Part shown: positions 1-9,220 of the stretch, one piece after another | Numbering within the stretch: the stretch's first letter is position 1 | Layout of the letters: each line of letters starts with the position of its first letter | From: Candidatus Krumholzibacteriota bacterium | Lineage (GTDB): Bacteria; Krumholzibacteriota; Krumholzibacteriia; Krumholzibacteriales; Krumholzibacteriaceae | Assembly (NCBI GenBank): GCA_016932415.1 | Contig: JAFGCX010000001.1 | Coordinates: forward strand, 17,934 to 81,933 | DNA: 64,000 nucleotides | Direction of reading: 5' to 3' | Made by a program: the position numbers and the translations under genes | The notes under the pieces: generated by a model | The model's database searches: none | What the model saw: only the letters and a program-made list of their open reading frames with translations | Told to the model about the DNA's origin: nothing

Positions 1-214
1 GGCCGATCAGAAGCTGGGCTTCCCTGATCCATGCTCCTATCGCCCAGACCACCATCCCGAAAATAAAAGTCACCAGTATGACCGCGTTAAGCTCCACATC
101 GACGAATGTCCTTGTAAAGAGGTGATAAGTCAATTTAGTGCCGGCGTTCTTTGTTCCCACCCATATCAGAGCTACCGCGCCTGCCAGGAGTATTAGCCCC
201 CTTACTATCCACAC
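1..214 (-). CDS. LapA/YciS-like inner-membrane protein (DUF1049), 5' part only; the gene continues past the window start
   Basis: Minus-strand reading gives a GTG start at 212–214, preceded by AAGGAGG at 222–228. Translation is VWIVRGLILLAGAVALIWVGTKNAGTKLTYHLFTRTFVDVELNAVILVTFIFGMVVWAIGAWIREAQLLIG. This is a TM helix, then a G..N..Q/T..F.Y.L. stretch, then a second TM helix, as in E. coli LapA. No stop is reached before position 1. Confidence 0.45.
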   Translation of the reverse strand, partial: MWIVRGLILLAGAVALIWVGTKNAGTKLTYHLFTRTFVDVELNAVILVTFIFGMVVWAIGAWIREAQLLIG

Positions 215-219
215 TTTCG

Positions 220-1527
220 CTACCTCCTTTTGTCCTCTTCACAATAAAGCGTAAAATTCCGTAATTCTTTCATTATAACCCGGACCAGATCACCGTTTTT
301 AATATCTCCGTTTTGAAGAAGGACATTCCTGAAATGTGGCGTCCTTCCTTTGACGAAGTGATTTTCCCCTTTTTCAACTGTACCGTCAAGAAGGATTTCA
401 TCACAAGCGCCTTCAAGCTTTTTCAGTATTTCCCGCCTGATCCCACCTATTTTCCTGTTCAGGATGTCCAGGCGCTCTTCCTTGACCTCGATAGCCACGT
501 CGTCATCAATACGATAAGCATTGGTCCCTTCTCTCGGGGAGTACTTGAAAGTAAAAGCCGAATCGAATCTTGCTTTCTCCACGATATCGAGTGTTTCCTT
601 GAAATCGTCATCAGTCTCCGTCGGAAATCCGACGATAATGTCGGTCGTTATGGCAAGATCGGGTTTTATGTTTCGGGCATTACTGATAATATTGATATAA
701 TGCGACCTCGAATAACCCCTGTTCATCATCCCCAATATCCTGTCGCTGCCCGATTGAAAAGGGAGATGGATATGTGGACACAATCTTTTGTTGGTTGCCA
801 TCAATTCAAATATTTTCATTTCGATATCACGCGGGTGGGTAGTCAGGAACCTTATTCTATCTATATCAGTCCCTGAAATTACCCGCTCTATCAGGTCGGT
901 GAACGCTACCCCGTCCGAGTTATACGCCATCACATTCTGGCCGAGTAGAGTAACTTCCCTTGCGCCTCGGGAATGGAGCATATTTATCTCATCGATTATC
1001 TGTTCGAACCCCTTACTTCTGACTTTTCCCCTTAGATAAGGGACTATGCAATAGGAACAGAAATTCTCACAACCCCTCGTAATAGAGAGGAATCTCGACA
1101 CTCTCCTGTTTTCAACTTTTGGAAAGAGCGGATAGGTCACCGATCCGTCCATATCTGTCAGAGAACGCCTCTCTCCCGACTCAAGGAGGTCTTTCACTGT
1201 CCCCGGCAGTGTCGCGTAATTATCCGGACCCGAAACGAGCGAGAGACCCTGAACAGCTTCGAGCAGGCTATCTCCCATCCTTTGTGCCATACATCCGCAT
1301 GCGACGATGAGCGCTTGTTTGTGCCTTGAAAGATCGTTCAGGCGACCCAGCGCTCTTGTCTCCGCGTTTTCCCTGACACTGCAAGTATTGACAATTATTA
1401 CGTCTGAGTCGGCAGGCGAATCGTTGCTCGAAAAGCCGGCCTCGAGCATCATCCCCTCGATCACCTCGGTGTCGAAAGCATTCATCTGGCAGCCGAAACT
1501 TTCATAATACACGCTGTACTCTTTCAT
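220..1527 (-). CDS. miaB: tRNA-i6A37 methylthiotransferase MiaB (radical-SAM MTTase)
   Basis: 435 aa with an ATG start. The N-terminal MTTase domain carries the GCQMN signature (YYESFGCQMNAFDTE). A radical-SAM CxxxCxxC motif (CENFCSYC) and a C-terminal TRAM-like domain are present. Confidence 0.85.
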   Translation of the reverse strand: MKEYSVYYESFGCQMNAFDTEVIEGMMLEAGFSSNDSPADSDVIIVNTCSVRENAETRALGRLNDLSRHKQALIVACGCMAQRMGDSLLEAVQGLSLVSGPDNYATLPGTVKDLLESGERRSLTDMDGSVTYPLFPKVENRRVSRFLSITRGCENFCSYCIVPYLRGKVRSKGFEQIIDEINMLHSRGAREVTLLGQNVMAYNSDGVAFTDLIERVISGTDIDRIRFLTTHPRDIEMKIFELMATNKRLCPHIHLPFQSGSDRILGMMNRGYSRSHYINIISNARNIKPDLAITTDIIVGFPTETDDDFKETLDIVEKARFDSAFTFKYSPREGTNAYRIDDDVAIEVKEERLDILNRKIGGIRREILKKLEGACDEILLDGTVEKGENHFVKGRTPHFRNVLLQNGDIKNGDLVRVIMKELRNFTLYCEEDKRR

Positions 1528-1567
1528 ATTGTATTCTTTCCCGGAAGCTGTTGCGCCAATGTTATCT

Positions 1568-2866
1568 TCAACACAGCTTCCCGTAAAGCCTTCCTTTTGA
1601 ATACCGTGATATTTCTATCTCCACAAGTTTTCCAGCCATTTCTGCCGGGGCTTCGACGGCGACTTCACAGTAATTCCCGGTCAATGCGTTATATATCCCG
1701 GCATCTTCACTTTCCGGCCCCTGGATTAGAGCAAGATCCTGTCTTCCGACCATTTTTCGCATGAAATCCAATCTTTTTCTTCTGCCGAGTTCTATCAACT
1801 TCTGGCATCTGGATCTTATCACGCGTGGATCGAGATGTCCTTCCATCGATGCCGCAGGGGTGCCTGGTCTTTTAGAATATGAAAATACATGAAAATAATC
1901 GACTTTCAGATCCGCCAGGTACGCATAGGTGTTTTCGAACTCCCTATCCGTCTCGCCCGGGAACCCGGTGATTATATCTGTACCTATGATCAGGCCGGAG
2001 GATCTGTCTTTGAGATCATCTGTAAGTATTCTGAATTGTTCTGTCGAATAGGGGCGGTTCATACTTCTTAGTATTTTGTCATCTCCGCTCTGGAGCGGGA
2101 TGTGAAGGTGAGAAGCTACGCGCGGTGAATCGATTACAAGGGACGAGAGCTTTCTGCTGACTTCTACAGGTTCGATACTGCTTAGCCTTATCCTGATCCC
2201 GTCAATCGCGGAAATTATCTCTTCGATCAATCCGGCAAGATCGATACCGGAACCTGGATCCATCCCGTAGCGCCCGATATGTATACCTGTAAGAACGATT
2301 TCCATGTACGAATTGCCGGCCAGACGCCGGATTTTTCTTATCACGTCAGCTGGCGGGATGCTTCTGCTTCTGCCCCTCGCTTCTGGAATTATGCAGTAAC
2401 TGCATTTCGAATCGCACCCATCCTGTACCTTCATAAAAGCTCTTGAGTGATTTGAAAAACTGTCAATATCGATATCGAAGCTTGATACGCATTCATTTTG
2501 CCTGTCGAGATCATTTCCATTCTTGATGTATTTTTCAAGAAATTCTGCAATACGCCCTTTCTCCTCGTTATTAAAAACGAAATCCACTTCTTTCATCGAT
2601 TCAAGTTTTTGAAATTGCGTCTGAGCAAGACATCCGGTCGCTATGATGACGGCATCAGGTGAATTCTTTCGGGCTCTTCTGATCGCGTTTCTGCACCTCG
2701 CGTCTGTTTTTGACGTCACCGTACATGTATTGATCACATAAAAATCAGCCGGCATATCGAAATCCCTTCGTTCCCATCCCCTTCCAGTGAGGTCATGGCG
2801 GATGCACTCGGATTCGTACTGGTTAAGTTTACATCCGAGAGTTGTGATTGCGAAATTTCTCTTCAT
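1568..2866 (-). CDS. mtaB: radical-SAM methylthiotransferase, MtaB-like (t6A37 methylthiotransferase)
   Basis: N-terminus reads FAITTLGCKLNQYESE, which matches the GCK(V/L)NQYE pattern of MtaB rather than MiaB or RimO. A CSYC radical-SAM motif is present. The start is placed at the internal ATG (2864–2866; GGAG upstream) instead of the longest ORF (to 2938), because the longer form would run through the rpsA terminator. Confidence 0.75.
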   Translation of the reverse strand: MKRNFAITTLGCKLNQYESECIRHDLTGRGWERRDFDMPADFYVINTCTVTSKTDARCRNAIRRARKNSPDAVIIATGCLAQTQFQKLESMKEVDFVFNNEEKGRIAEFLEKYIKNGNDLDRQNECVSSFDIDIDSFSNHSRAFMKVQDGCDSKCSYCIIPEARGRSRSIPPADVIRKIRRLAGNSYMEIVLTGIHIGRYGMDPGSGIDLAGLIEEIISAIDGIRIRLSSIEPVEVSRKLSSLVIDSPRVASHLHIPLQSGDDKILRSMNRPYSTEQFRILTDDLKDRSSGLIIGTDIITGFPGETDREFENTYAYLADLKVDYFHVFSYSKRPGTPAASMEGHLDPRVIRSRCQKLIELGRRKRLDFMRKMVGRQDLALIQGPESEDAGIYNALTGNYCEVAVEAPAEMAGKLVEIEISRYSKGRLYGKLC

Positions 2867-2902
2867 GCCCCGATCATCTCCGGAATATGCCGGTTTATTG
2901 AA

Positions 2903-2939
2903 CCTGAAAAAGAAATGAGGGCGGTCAGCCGCCCTCATT
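2903..2939 (-). terminator. rho-independent terminator downstream of rpsA
   Basis: Perfect 11-bp GC-rich stem AATGAGGGCGG/CCGCCCTCATT (2913–2939) with a 4-nt loop. On the minus strand it is followed by TCTTTTT (2903–2912). It lies 34 nt after the rpsA stop. Confidence 0.55.
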
Positions 2940-2972
2940 CCACTGCTTTACTGTCAGAATACCGCCTGCAGG

Positions 2973-5048
2973 TTATTCTGAGGCGTCTTTCTTTTCTGGA
3001 TCATCATCATCCGATGGCGATCCTTCCGCATTTTCAACGACAGGATCGATATTCTCGACGTTTTCATCGGATACTTTTTTCTCGGTATCTTTGACAACGT
3101 TCTCATCCTCGGAGGCAGATCCGCTTTCGGTCTCCCCGGAGTCTCCATCGTCCTGCTTCGTTTCTATTACCTCATCGATGATGTCATCGTCTGTATAATC
3201 CTCATAGGGTTCATCCATGTCATCATCCGAGTCACTCCGCGAAGACTCATCCGTGTCGACAGGCACATTTTCTCTTCTCGGGAACTTCGCTTTGAACTCC
3301 TCGATTTCCTCGTTTGAACGGCCTTCGAGATAAGCATTGACGCTCAAGACGATTCTCTTGTTCTGAGGATCCATCTTGATGACTTTCAGAGGAAGTTCCA
3401 TTCCTACATCAAAGTATTCCGAGGGTTTTTTCACTCCCTCGATACCGAGATGCGACAGGGGAACGAACCCCTCGACATCCATTCTCAACTCAACGACGGC
3501 TCCACGGTCGAGAATGCGCGAGACATTTCCACTTGTCTCGGTTCCGATGGTGAATTCGGCAGCGAGATCGGTCCATGGATTCTCCCTGGTCTGTTTCATT
3601 CCCAGGCTTATCCGTCTTTTTCCGCTATCGATCTCAAGGACGACGACTTCGACCTCATCCCCTTTTCTCACCATCTCTGAAGGATGCCTTATCCTCTTTG
3701 CCCAGGACATATCGGATATATGCACAAGCCCGTCTATTCCATCCTCGATCTCGACAAACGCGCCAAAATTCGTGAGATTTCGGACTTTGCCCTTCAATCT
3801 CGTGCCTGACGGGTATTTTGTCTCAAGCGCTTTCCATGGATCAGGCTCAAGCTGTTTAAGGCCAAGCGATATCTTTTCATGTTCCTTGTCTATATTCAGG
3901 ATCACCGCTTCTACGGCATCTCCTATGGCGACTATCTTTGAAGGATGTTTGACATGCCTCGTCCAGGACATCTCGGAGATATGTATGAGCCCTTCGATTC
4001 CCTTTTCAAGTTCGACGAAAGCACCGTAATCGGTTATCGAGACAACCTTGCCTCTTATCTTCTTCCCGGCAGGATACCTTTCCTCTACGCCCTCCCACGG
4101 GTACGGAGTCAATTGCTTCAATCCAAGAGAGATCCTCTCGCGTTCAGGATCGAAATCGAGGATCTTGACTTTCAGTTTGTCGCCGATAGCAACTGCTTCG
4201 GATGGATGGCTTACCCGGCCCCATGTGAGATCTGTAAGGTGCAGAAGTCCGTCTATCCCTCCAAGATCGACAAAAGCGCCGAAATCGGTGATATTCTTGA
4301 CAACACCTTCACGCTCTTCTCCGACCTGGATCTCGGAAAGAATAGTCTTCTTCTTCTCTTCTCTTTCCGCCTCAAGAACGACGCGTCTCGAAACGACGAT
4401 ATTGCGTCTTCTCTTGTTCAACTTGATGATCTTGCAATCAAGTTCCTGTCCGAGCAGTTCATCAAGATTTGGAACCTGCCTCAAAGCTATCTGGGAACCT
4501 GGCAGGAACGCGTCGACGCCCATAAGCTTGACGACAAGCCCACCCTTGATCCTTCTGTCCACGTTCGCCTTGACCACGTTGCTCGTATCGTATGCTTCCT
4601 TGATCTCATCCCATGCTTTCAGGAAATCGGCTTTCATCTTTGAAAGTACGATAAGTCCGTCCTGGTTCTCCATTTTTTCCAGGAAAACATCAAAGACGTC
4701 GCCTTTCTTCACTTCTTTGCAATTGGCGAACTCATTGATCGGGATTGTTCCTTCGCTTTTGAATCCGACATCGAGAATAATCTCTTTTTCGCTGACTGAA
4801 TAGACAGTCCCGCGGACTACTCTCCCCTCTTTAAGGTTCTCGGATTCAGAACCGAAAGCGTTGACCATGTCCGACCATTCCTGGTCTTCTTCGATGACAG
4901 TATCGACTGATTCGTCTGATACCTTGTCAAACATGCTGAGGTAGGAATACTTTCTGGCAGATTTTTCAGTACCGACTGATACCTCTTTCTCTTCTGTCCC
5001 GGATATACCGGGGTCCTGCAAGGATTCCTCGAATTTTTCTTCGTGCAT
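2973..5048 (-). CDS. rpsA: 30S ribosomal protein S1 with multiple S1 domains and a long acidic C-terminal tail
   Basis: Repeated S1 domains are visible (GxV.G.V..I..FGAFV motifs) and a FEESL segment sits near the N-terminus as in E. coli S1. The longest ORF begins with TTG at 5069. The ATG at 5046–5048 (MHEEKFEESLQ…) has AGGGG upstream and is preferred. The C-terminus is about 100 aa rich in Asp/Glu/Ser. Confidence 0.9.
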   Translation of the reverse strand: MHEEKFEESLQDPGISGTEEKEVSVGTEKSARKYSYLSMFDKVSDESVDTVIEEDQEWSDMVNAFGSESENLKEGRVVRGTVYSVSEKEIILDVGFKSEGTIPINEFANCKEVKKGDVFDVFLEKMENQDGLIVLSKMKADFLKAWDEIKEAYDTSNVVKANVDRRIKGGLVVKLMGVDAFLPGSQIALRQVPNLDELLGQELDCKIIKLNKRRRNIVVSRRVVLEAEREEKKKTILSEIQVGEEREGVVKNITDFGAFVDLGGIDGLLHLTDLTWGRVSHPSEAVAIGDKLKVKILDFDPERERISLGLKQLTPYPWEGVEERYPAGKKIRGKVVSITDYGAFVELEKGIEGLIHISEMSWTRHVKHPSKIVAIGDAVEAVILNIDKEHEKISLGLKQLEPDPWKALETKYPSGTRLKGKVRNLTNFGAFVEIEDGIDGLVHISDMSWAKRIRHPSEMVRKGDEVEVVVLEIDSGKRRISLGMKQTRENPWTDLAAEFTIGTETSGNVSRILDRGAVVELRMDVEGFVPLSHLGIEGVKKPSEYFDVGMELPLKVIKMDPQNKRIVLSVNAYLEGRSNEEIEEFKAKFPRRENVPVDTDESSRSDSDDDMDEPYEDYTDDDIIDEVIETKQDDGDSGETESGSASEDENVVKDTEKKVSDENVENIDPVVENAEGSPSDDDDPEKKDASE

Positions 5049-5152
5049 TAATAAATCGCCCCTTTCCAAATGGATTTTTTAACAGCTAGAATGATATTAA
5101 GTCCGGAGCTCTTATGCAAGGGTTTTATTGCTATTATTGCAGGTCTTTAGGT

Positions 5153-5998
5153 CTACTGGATCTCTGATAATCTGGTAAGGACTTCCTCGATTACCCAGCC
5201 CGGTGTCGACGTCCCGGTCGTCAGTCCGACCTCGTCACAACCTTCAAACCATGAATCTTCGATTTCGCTGGCTGTTTCGATAAATCTGGCCGGGATGTCC
5301 ATGTCAAGGCACATCTGGTAAAGTCTTCTGGTATTTGAGCTTTCCTTTCCACCCACGACAAGGATCATGTCGACTTCCTCAGCCAGGCTGAGTGTCGCCT
5401 GACGCCTCATCGTCGTAGCTTCGCAGATAGTATCGTGGACCTGGAGATCGCCTATCCTTTTTTCAAGTTCTTCTATGATCATCCTCGACTTTTCTCTCGG
5501 AAAAGTCGTCTGGATCACTACCCCGGCTTTGTCGATCCCTTCGATGATTCTGGCAGATTCTATGGAATCCAGGATCAGAGCTTTTTCCCTCGCCCTCCCC
5601 GCTATTCCTTTGACTTCCGGGTGTCTTGCGTCTCCAAGGATTATGATCTCCCGTGAATCGGCGGACATCTCTTCGACGTAGTCATGGATCCTTTTTACAA
5701 AGGGACAGGTCGTATCGATGAGTTCTATTCCCATCCTTTCGCATTTTTCGATCATTTCCGGGTCTACGCCATGCGCCCTGATAATAAGCGTATCTCCACA
5801 CTTCATCTCTTCAATGGAGGAAACGGGGATCACTCCCCGGGATTGAAGCCTCTCCACTGCCTGGGGATTATGGATCACGGCGCCGGTCGAATAAAGCCTG
5901 CAACTTTCCAGCCTCTCCTCGATCAGCCTCATAGCGCGCTTTACGCCAAAACAGTAACCGGTGTGTGGAGAAGTGATTATTTTAATTTTCCGAGTCAT
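5153..5998 (-). CDS. ispH: 4-hydroxy-3-methylbut-2-enyl diphosphate reductase (IspH/LytB)
   Basis: 281 aa with the IspH N-terminus (KIKIITSPHTGYCFGVKRA) and three conserved Cys-containing regions. Its start overlaps the upstream cmk–plsC stop by 17 nt. The ispH–rpsA adjacency is common. Confidence 0.9.
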   Translation of the reverse strand: MTRKIKIITSPHTGYCFGVKRAMRLIEERLESCRLYSTGAVIHNPQAVERLQSRGVIPVSSIEEMKCGDTLIIRAHGVDPEMIEKCERMGIELIDTTCPFVKRIHDYVEEMSADSREIIILGDARHPEVKGIAGRAREKALILDSIESARIIEGIDKAGVVIQTTFPREKSRMIIEELEKRIGDLQVHDTICEATTMRRQATLSLAEEVDMILVVGGKESSNTRRLYQMCLDMDIPARFIETASEIEDSWFEGCDEVGLTTGTSTPGWVIEEVLTRLSEIQ

Positions 5999-7346
5999 TT
6001 TTCATCATGACCATTTCTTCCATGGTCATCTGCGCGAGCATATTGTAATCCTCTTTTTTATCATCAGAATGATAATCCGGATCTATCCTGACAGGTCTGC
6101 CTATGCGGACTTCCATCTTTTTTTTCCTCAGAAAACACGCCTTCAGATCATCAGCGCCGGATATAAATAATGGCACTATCGGCCTTCCCGTCTGGAGGGC
6201 GTAATACCCTATCCCTGATTTCAATTTCCTGATTTTGCCGTTCCTCGACCTTGTTCCTTCCGGGAACAGAAGGACAGAATCTCCCGCCATGAGTTTTTCG
6301 GTGATCGTCTTCACCGAAACCCTGTCCGCTTCACCCCTTTTGACGGGAATAGCGTTGAATTTTCTTATCAGCCAGCCGAAAAGAAAATTCTTGAACAGTT
6401 CTTTTTTGGCGAGAAACCATATTTTCCTTTTAAGGGAGGACCCTATGATCGGTGGGTCTGAATACGAGATGTGATTTGAGGCAAAAATATAATTTTCCCT
6501 GTAAGATATGTTTTCTAAACCATATCTTCTGAGGCCGAAGACGACACGGTAGAATAAATGGATTGCTGTCGAGACGATGGTCCAGTACACAGGCTTTTTT
6601 GACTGTTCATTCTTTTCTCCCGGCCATACTCGCAGATCCGCCAGCTCTTCAGCTTTTTTGATCACGATATCACTGATCAACCCGACCTGGTCTTCGATAG
6701 ATATGCCAGACGTGTCCACCAGGACTGATCCGGGCGGTTTTCTAAGCGGGCTGTGCTGGCGGGTGGAATCTATCTGATCCCGTTGTTCAAGGTTATTCTT
6801 TATCGATCCGACCTCACCATCAAGCCCCATCTCCTTTAGTTGCGACACTCTGCGCTTACTCCTCGATTCTATATCGGCAACAAGATATATCTTTACGTCG
6901 GCGAACGGGAAAACTGTCGTTCCTGTGTCTCTCCCTTCGGCTACAACGCCTCCTTCTTCCGATATCGACCGCTGGATCCTGACAAGCGCTTCTCTTACTC
7001 CCCGATGCCTGCTTACAGGCGATACCGCAGAAGATACCCTCTGCGATCTGATCCTCTCACCAAGCTTTTCTCCGCCGAGGAAGAAGGACGGGACTCCCTC
7101 CACATATTTCATCTCAAGGTCGAGTTCCCTGGTCCTTGCCGTCACCATCTCCTCGTCTTCGGGATCTATTTTATTTTCCAGTATATCCCATGTCACCGCC
7201 CTGTACATAGCTCCCGTATCCAGGTATGTCAGGCCGAGTTTTTCAGCGAGCATGGACGCTGTGGTGCTTTTCCCCGAACCGGCCGGTCCGTCAATTGTCA
7301 CTACCATCCTTGCCAGGATCAGTTTGGTTTTTTCATTCAGATCCAT
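5982..7346 (-). CDS. cmk: bifunctional cytidylate kinase / 1-acyl-sn-glycerol-3-phosphate acyltransferase (Cmk–PlsC fusion)
   Basis: The N-terminal ~225 aa are Cmk (VTIDGPAGSGKST P-loop; LDTGAMYRAVTW). The C-terminal ~215 aa are PlsC-type acyltransferase with HX4D (NHISYSD) and FPEGTRS motifs. It is one continuous 454-aa ORF with an ATG start and AGGGA Shine–Dalgarno. Confidence 0.8.
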   Translation of the reverse strand: MDLNEKTKLILARMVVTIDGPAGSGKSTTASMLAEKLGLTYLDTGAMYRAVTWDILENKIDPEDEEMVTARTRELDLEMKYVEGVPSFFLGGEKLGERIRSQRVSSAVSPVSRHRGVREALVRIQRSISEEGGVVAEGRDTGTTVFPFADVKIYLVADIESRSKRRVSQLKEMGLDGEVGSIKNNLEQRDQIDSTRQHSPLRKPPGSVLVDTSGISIEDQVGLISDIVIKKAEELADLRVWPGEKNEQSKKPVYWTIVSTAIHLFYRVVFGLRRYGLENISYRENYIFASNHISYSDPPIIGSSLKRKIWFLAKKELFKNFLFGWLIRKFNAIPVKRGEADRVSVKTITEKLMAGDSVLLFPEGTRSRNGKIRKLKSGIGYYALQTGRPIVPLFISGADDLKACFLRKKKMEVRIGRPVRIDPDYHSDDKKEDYNMLAQMTMEEMVMMKNDSEN

Positions 7347-7373
7347 AATATCCCTGGTTATTCTCTAGCCCGG

Positions 7374-8471
7374 TCACAATACCTTTTTCAGGGTATCAAG
7401 GAATCTTCTGTTTTCTTCAGGTTTTCCCACGGTGACGCGGAAAGATTCATCTCCCAGGCCGAATGGAGCCATTCCCCTGATGATCACGCCAAGATCCATC
7501 ATCTTTTCGACGATACCGCTGCACTCGAGTTCAGGAACGGCAAGAAGAAAATTCGTCTGAGACTCAGGAACGGTAAATCCCATACCGATCAATTCATTTC
7601 TGACAAATTCCCGTTCTGAAGCGTTTTCTTTGATCCTGCCGCTGAGTTTGTCGATATGTTTCAGGGCTGTCCTTGCCGCGATCTGCGCGATCCGGTTTAC
7701 GTTGAACGGCTGCCTTACCATGTGAAGACAGGTAGCCAGGTCGGGATGGGATATCGAATATCCTATCCTGAGGCCGGAAAGGGAATGGACTTTTGAGAAC
7801 GTCCTCAGGATGATTATGTTATCATAAGATTCAAGCAGTTTCTGAGAGTCGGGATAGTCATCGGCAGTCACATATTCGTAGTACGCTTCATCCAGGACGA
7901 TTATTATCTCCCTGGGTATCGAAGCCAGGAAGAGATCGAGTTCTTCACCGGTGACATATGTGGCGGTCGGGTTGTTCGGATTGCAAATGAAGACCATCTT
8001 TGTGTCGCGAGTAATCGCCTTGCTTACCGCTTCGAGATCTATCCGGTAATCATCGAGAGGGACTTTGATATCATTGACCCCCGCCTGTTGACAGATCAGC
8101 GGATAAGCTATAAAACTGGGAAATGGATAAACGATATCCTCACCCGGTCCTATAAAGGCTCTTACCAGCAGATCGAGTATCTCGTTCGATCCATTTCCGA
8201 CAAATATCTGCCCCGGATCAAGCCTGTAATACTCTGCCAGTTCATGACATAGGTAGTGGCTTCCAGAATTGGGGTATCTTCCGATCTGGTCCAGCTCCCT
8301 GATTATCGCCTCTTTGATCTCATCAAGCGCGGGATAAGGATTTTCATTCGAAGCGAGCTTTAATATCTCTCCCTTGATATTCTTTTCTCTTCTCAGTTCT
8401 TCGACCGGCTTTCCTGGCACATATGGTTTCACTTTTCTTAAATGCTGTTTCATCCGGTTTTTAATGTTCAT
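7374..8471 (-). CDS. hisC: histidinol-phosphate aminotransferase
   Basis: 365 aa. ASNENPYP matches the HisC N-terminal signature. The PLP-lysine region is TFSKVHSLSGLRIGY. GAAGGAGA sits before the ATG. Confidence 0.85.
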   Translation of the reverse strand: MNIKNRMKQHLRKVKPYVPGKPVEELRREKNIKGEILKLASNENPYPALDEIKEAIIRELDQIGRYPNSGSHYLCHELAEYYRLDPGQIFVGNGSNEILDLLVRAFIGPGEDIVYPFPSFIAYPLICQQAGVNDIKVPLDDYRIDLEAVSKAITRDTKMVFICNPNNPTATYVTGEELDLFLASIPREIIIVLDEAYYEYVTADDYPDSQKLLESYDNIIILRTFSKVHSLSGLRIGYSISHPDLATCLHMVRQPFNVNRIAQIAARTALKHIDKLSGRIKENASEREFVRNELIGMGFTVPESQTNFLLAVPELECSGIVEKMMDLGVIIRGMAPFGLGDESFRVTVGKPEENRRFLDTLKKVL

Positions 8472-8485
8472 TTTCGAGTCTCCTT

Positions 8486-9220
8486 CTACAACCCGACAAG
8501 TTCCTTTAAGTGCTTTTCTTCACCCTCTGTCAACCGGCGTATCCCTCCCGGATCAAGATCATTAAAGACCAGATCTCCTATCGCCGATCTATGCAGTGAT
8601 ATGACCTTGTGCCCGAAGGCGGAAAACATCCTCCTGATCTGTCTCTTTCTCCCTTCCCTCAATACGATCTCGACAGTAGTCTTTTCTCCATCTCCTTCCA
8701 GAATCCTCACCTCGCACGGTTTTGTCGTAAAGTCGTCGATCTGGACCCCTGAAGCCATTTCCCTGACAGTTTTTTTCGATACATTTCCTTTTACCGTGAC
8801 AATATACGTCTTTTCGATCTTGTACCTGGGGTGGGTCAGGCGAAAAGCCAGATCACCGTAATCCGTCAGAAAAATGATCCCCGAACTGTTCAGGTCAAGC
8901 CTTCCAACGGGATACAATCTTTCATTATACCCTTTTTCCCTTGCCAGTTGCAGTACTGTTTTCCTGTTATGACTGTCGGTCACCGTGCTGAGGACACCCA
9001 CCGGCTTGTTCATGACAAGCACCAGGGACCCAGGCGCGTTAATGATCTCTTCCCCGTCCAAAGTTACGATATCACGCTCAGGGTCCACCCTCGCCGACAG
9101 ATCGCGGATCTCAAGTCCGTTCACAAAAACACTTCCCCGCTTTATCAGGTCCTCGACTTTCCTTCTGGAACCGAGGCCTGACGCGGCGAGAAAGCGGTTG
9201 ATTCTAATCCTGGCAACCAT
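8486..9220 (-). CDS. rRNA pseudouridine synthase, RsuA/RluB family (S4 domain + PseudoU_synth_2)
   Basis: An S4 domain (RINRFLAASGLGSRRKVEDLI) is followed by a catalytic GRLDxxSxG motif (PVGRLDLNSSGIIFLTDYG). Confidence 0.75.
   Translation of the reverse strand: MVARIRINRFLAASGLGSRRKVEDLIKRGSVFVNGLEIRDLSARVDPERDIVTLDGEEIINAPGSLVLVMNKPVGVLSTVTDSHNRKTVLQLAREKGYNERLYPVGRLDLNSSGIIFLTDYGDLAFRLTHPRYKIEKTYIVTVKGNVSKKTVREMASGVQIDDFTTKPCEVRILEGDGEKTTVEIVLREGRKRQIRRMFSAFGHKVISLHRSAIGDLVFNDLDPGGIRRLTEGEEKHLKELVGL

Noticed and set aside
2867-2938. N-terminal extensions of longest ORFs (mtaB to 2938, trmFO to 27603, xerD to 11750, OMP to 20401, HK to 56233, sigma to 53880)
   Set aside because: The extended forms lack Shine–Dalgarno sequences, overlap a terminator, an upstream gene or a predicted promoter, and do not match homologue N-termini. 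Internal starts with good SDs were chosen.
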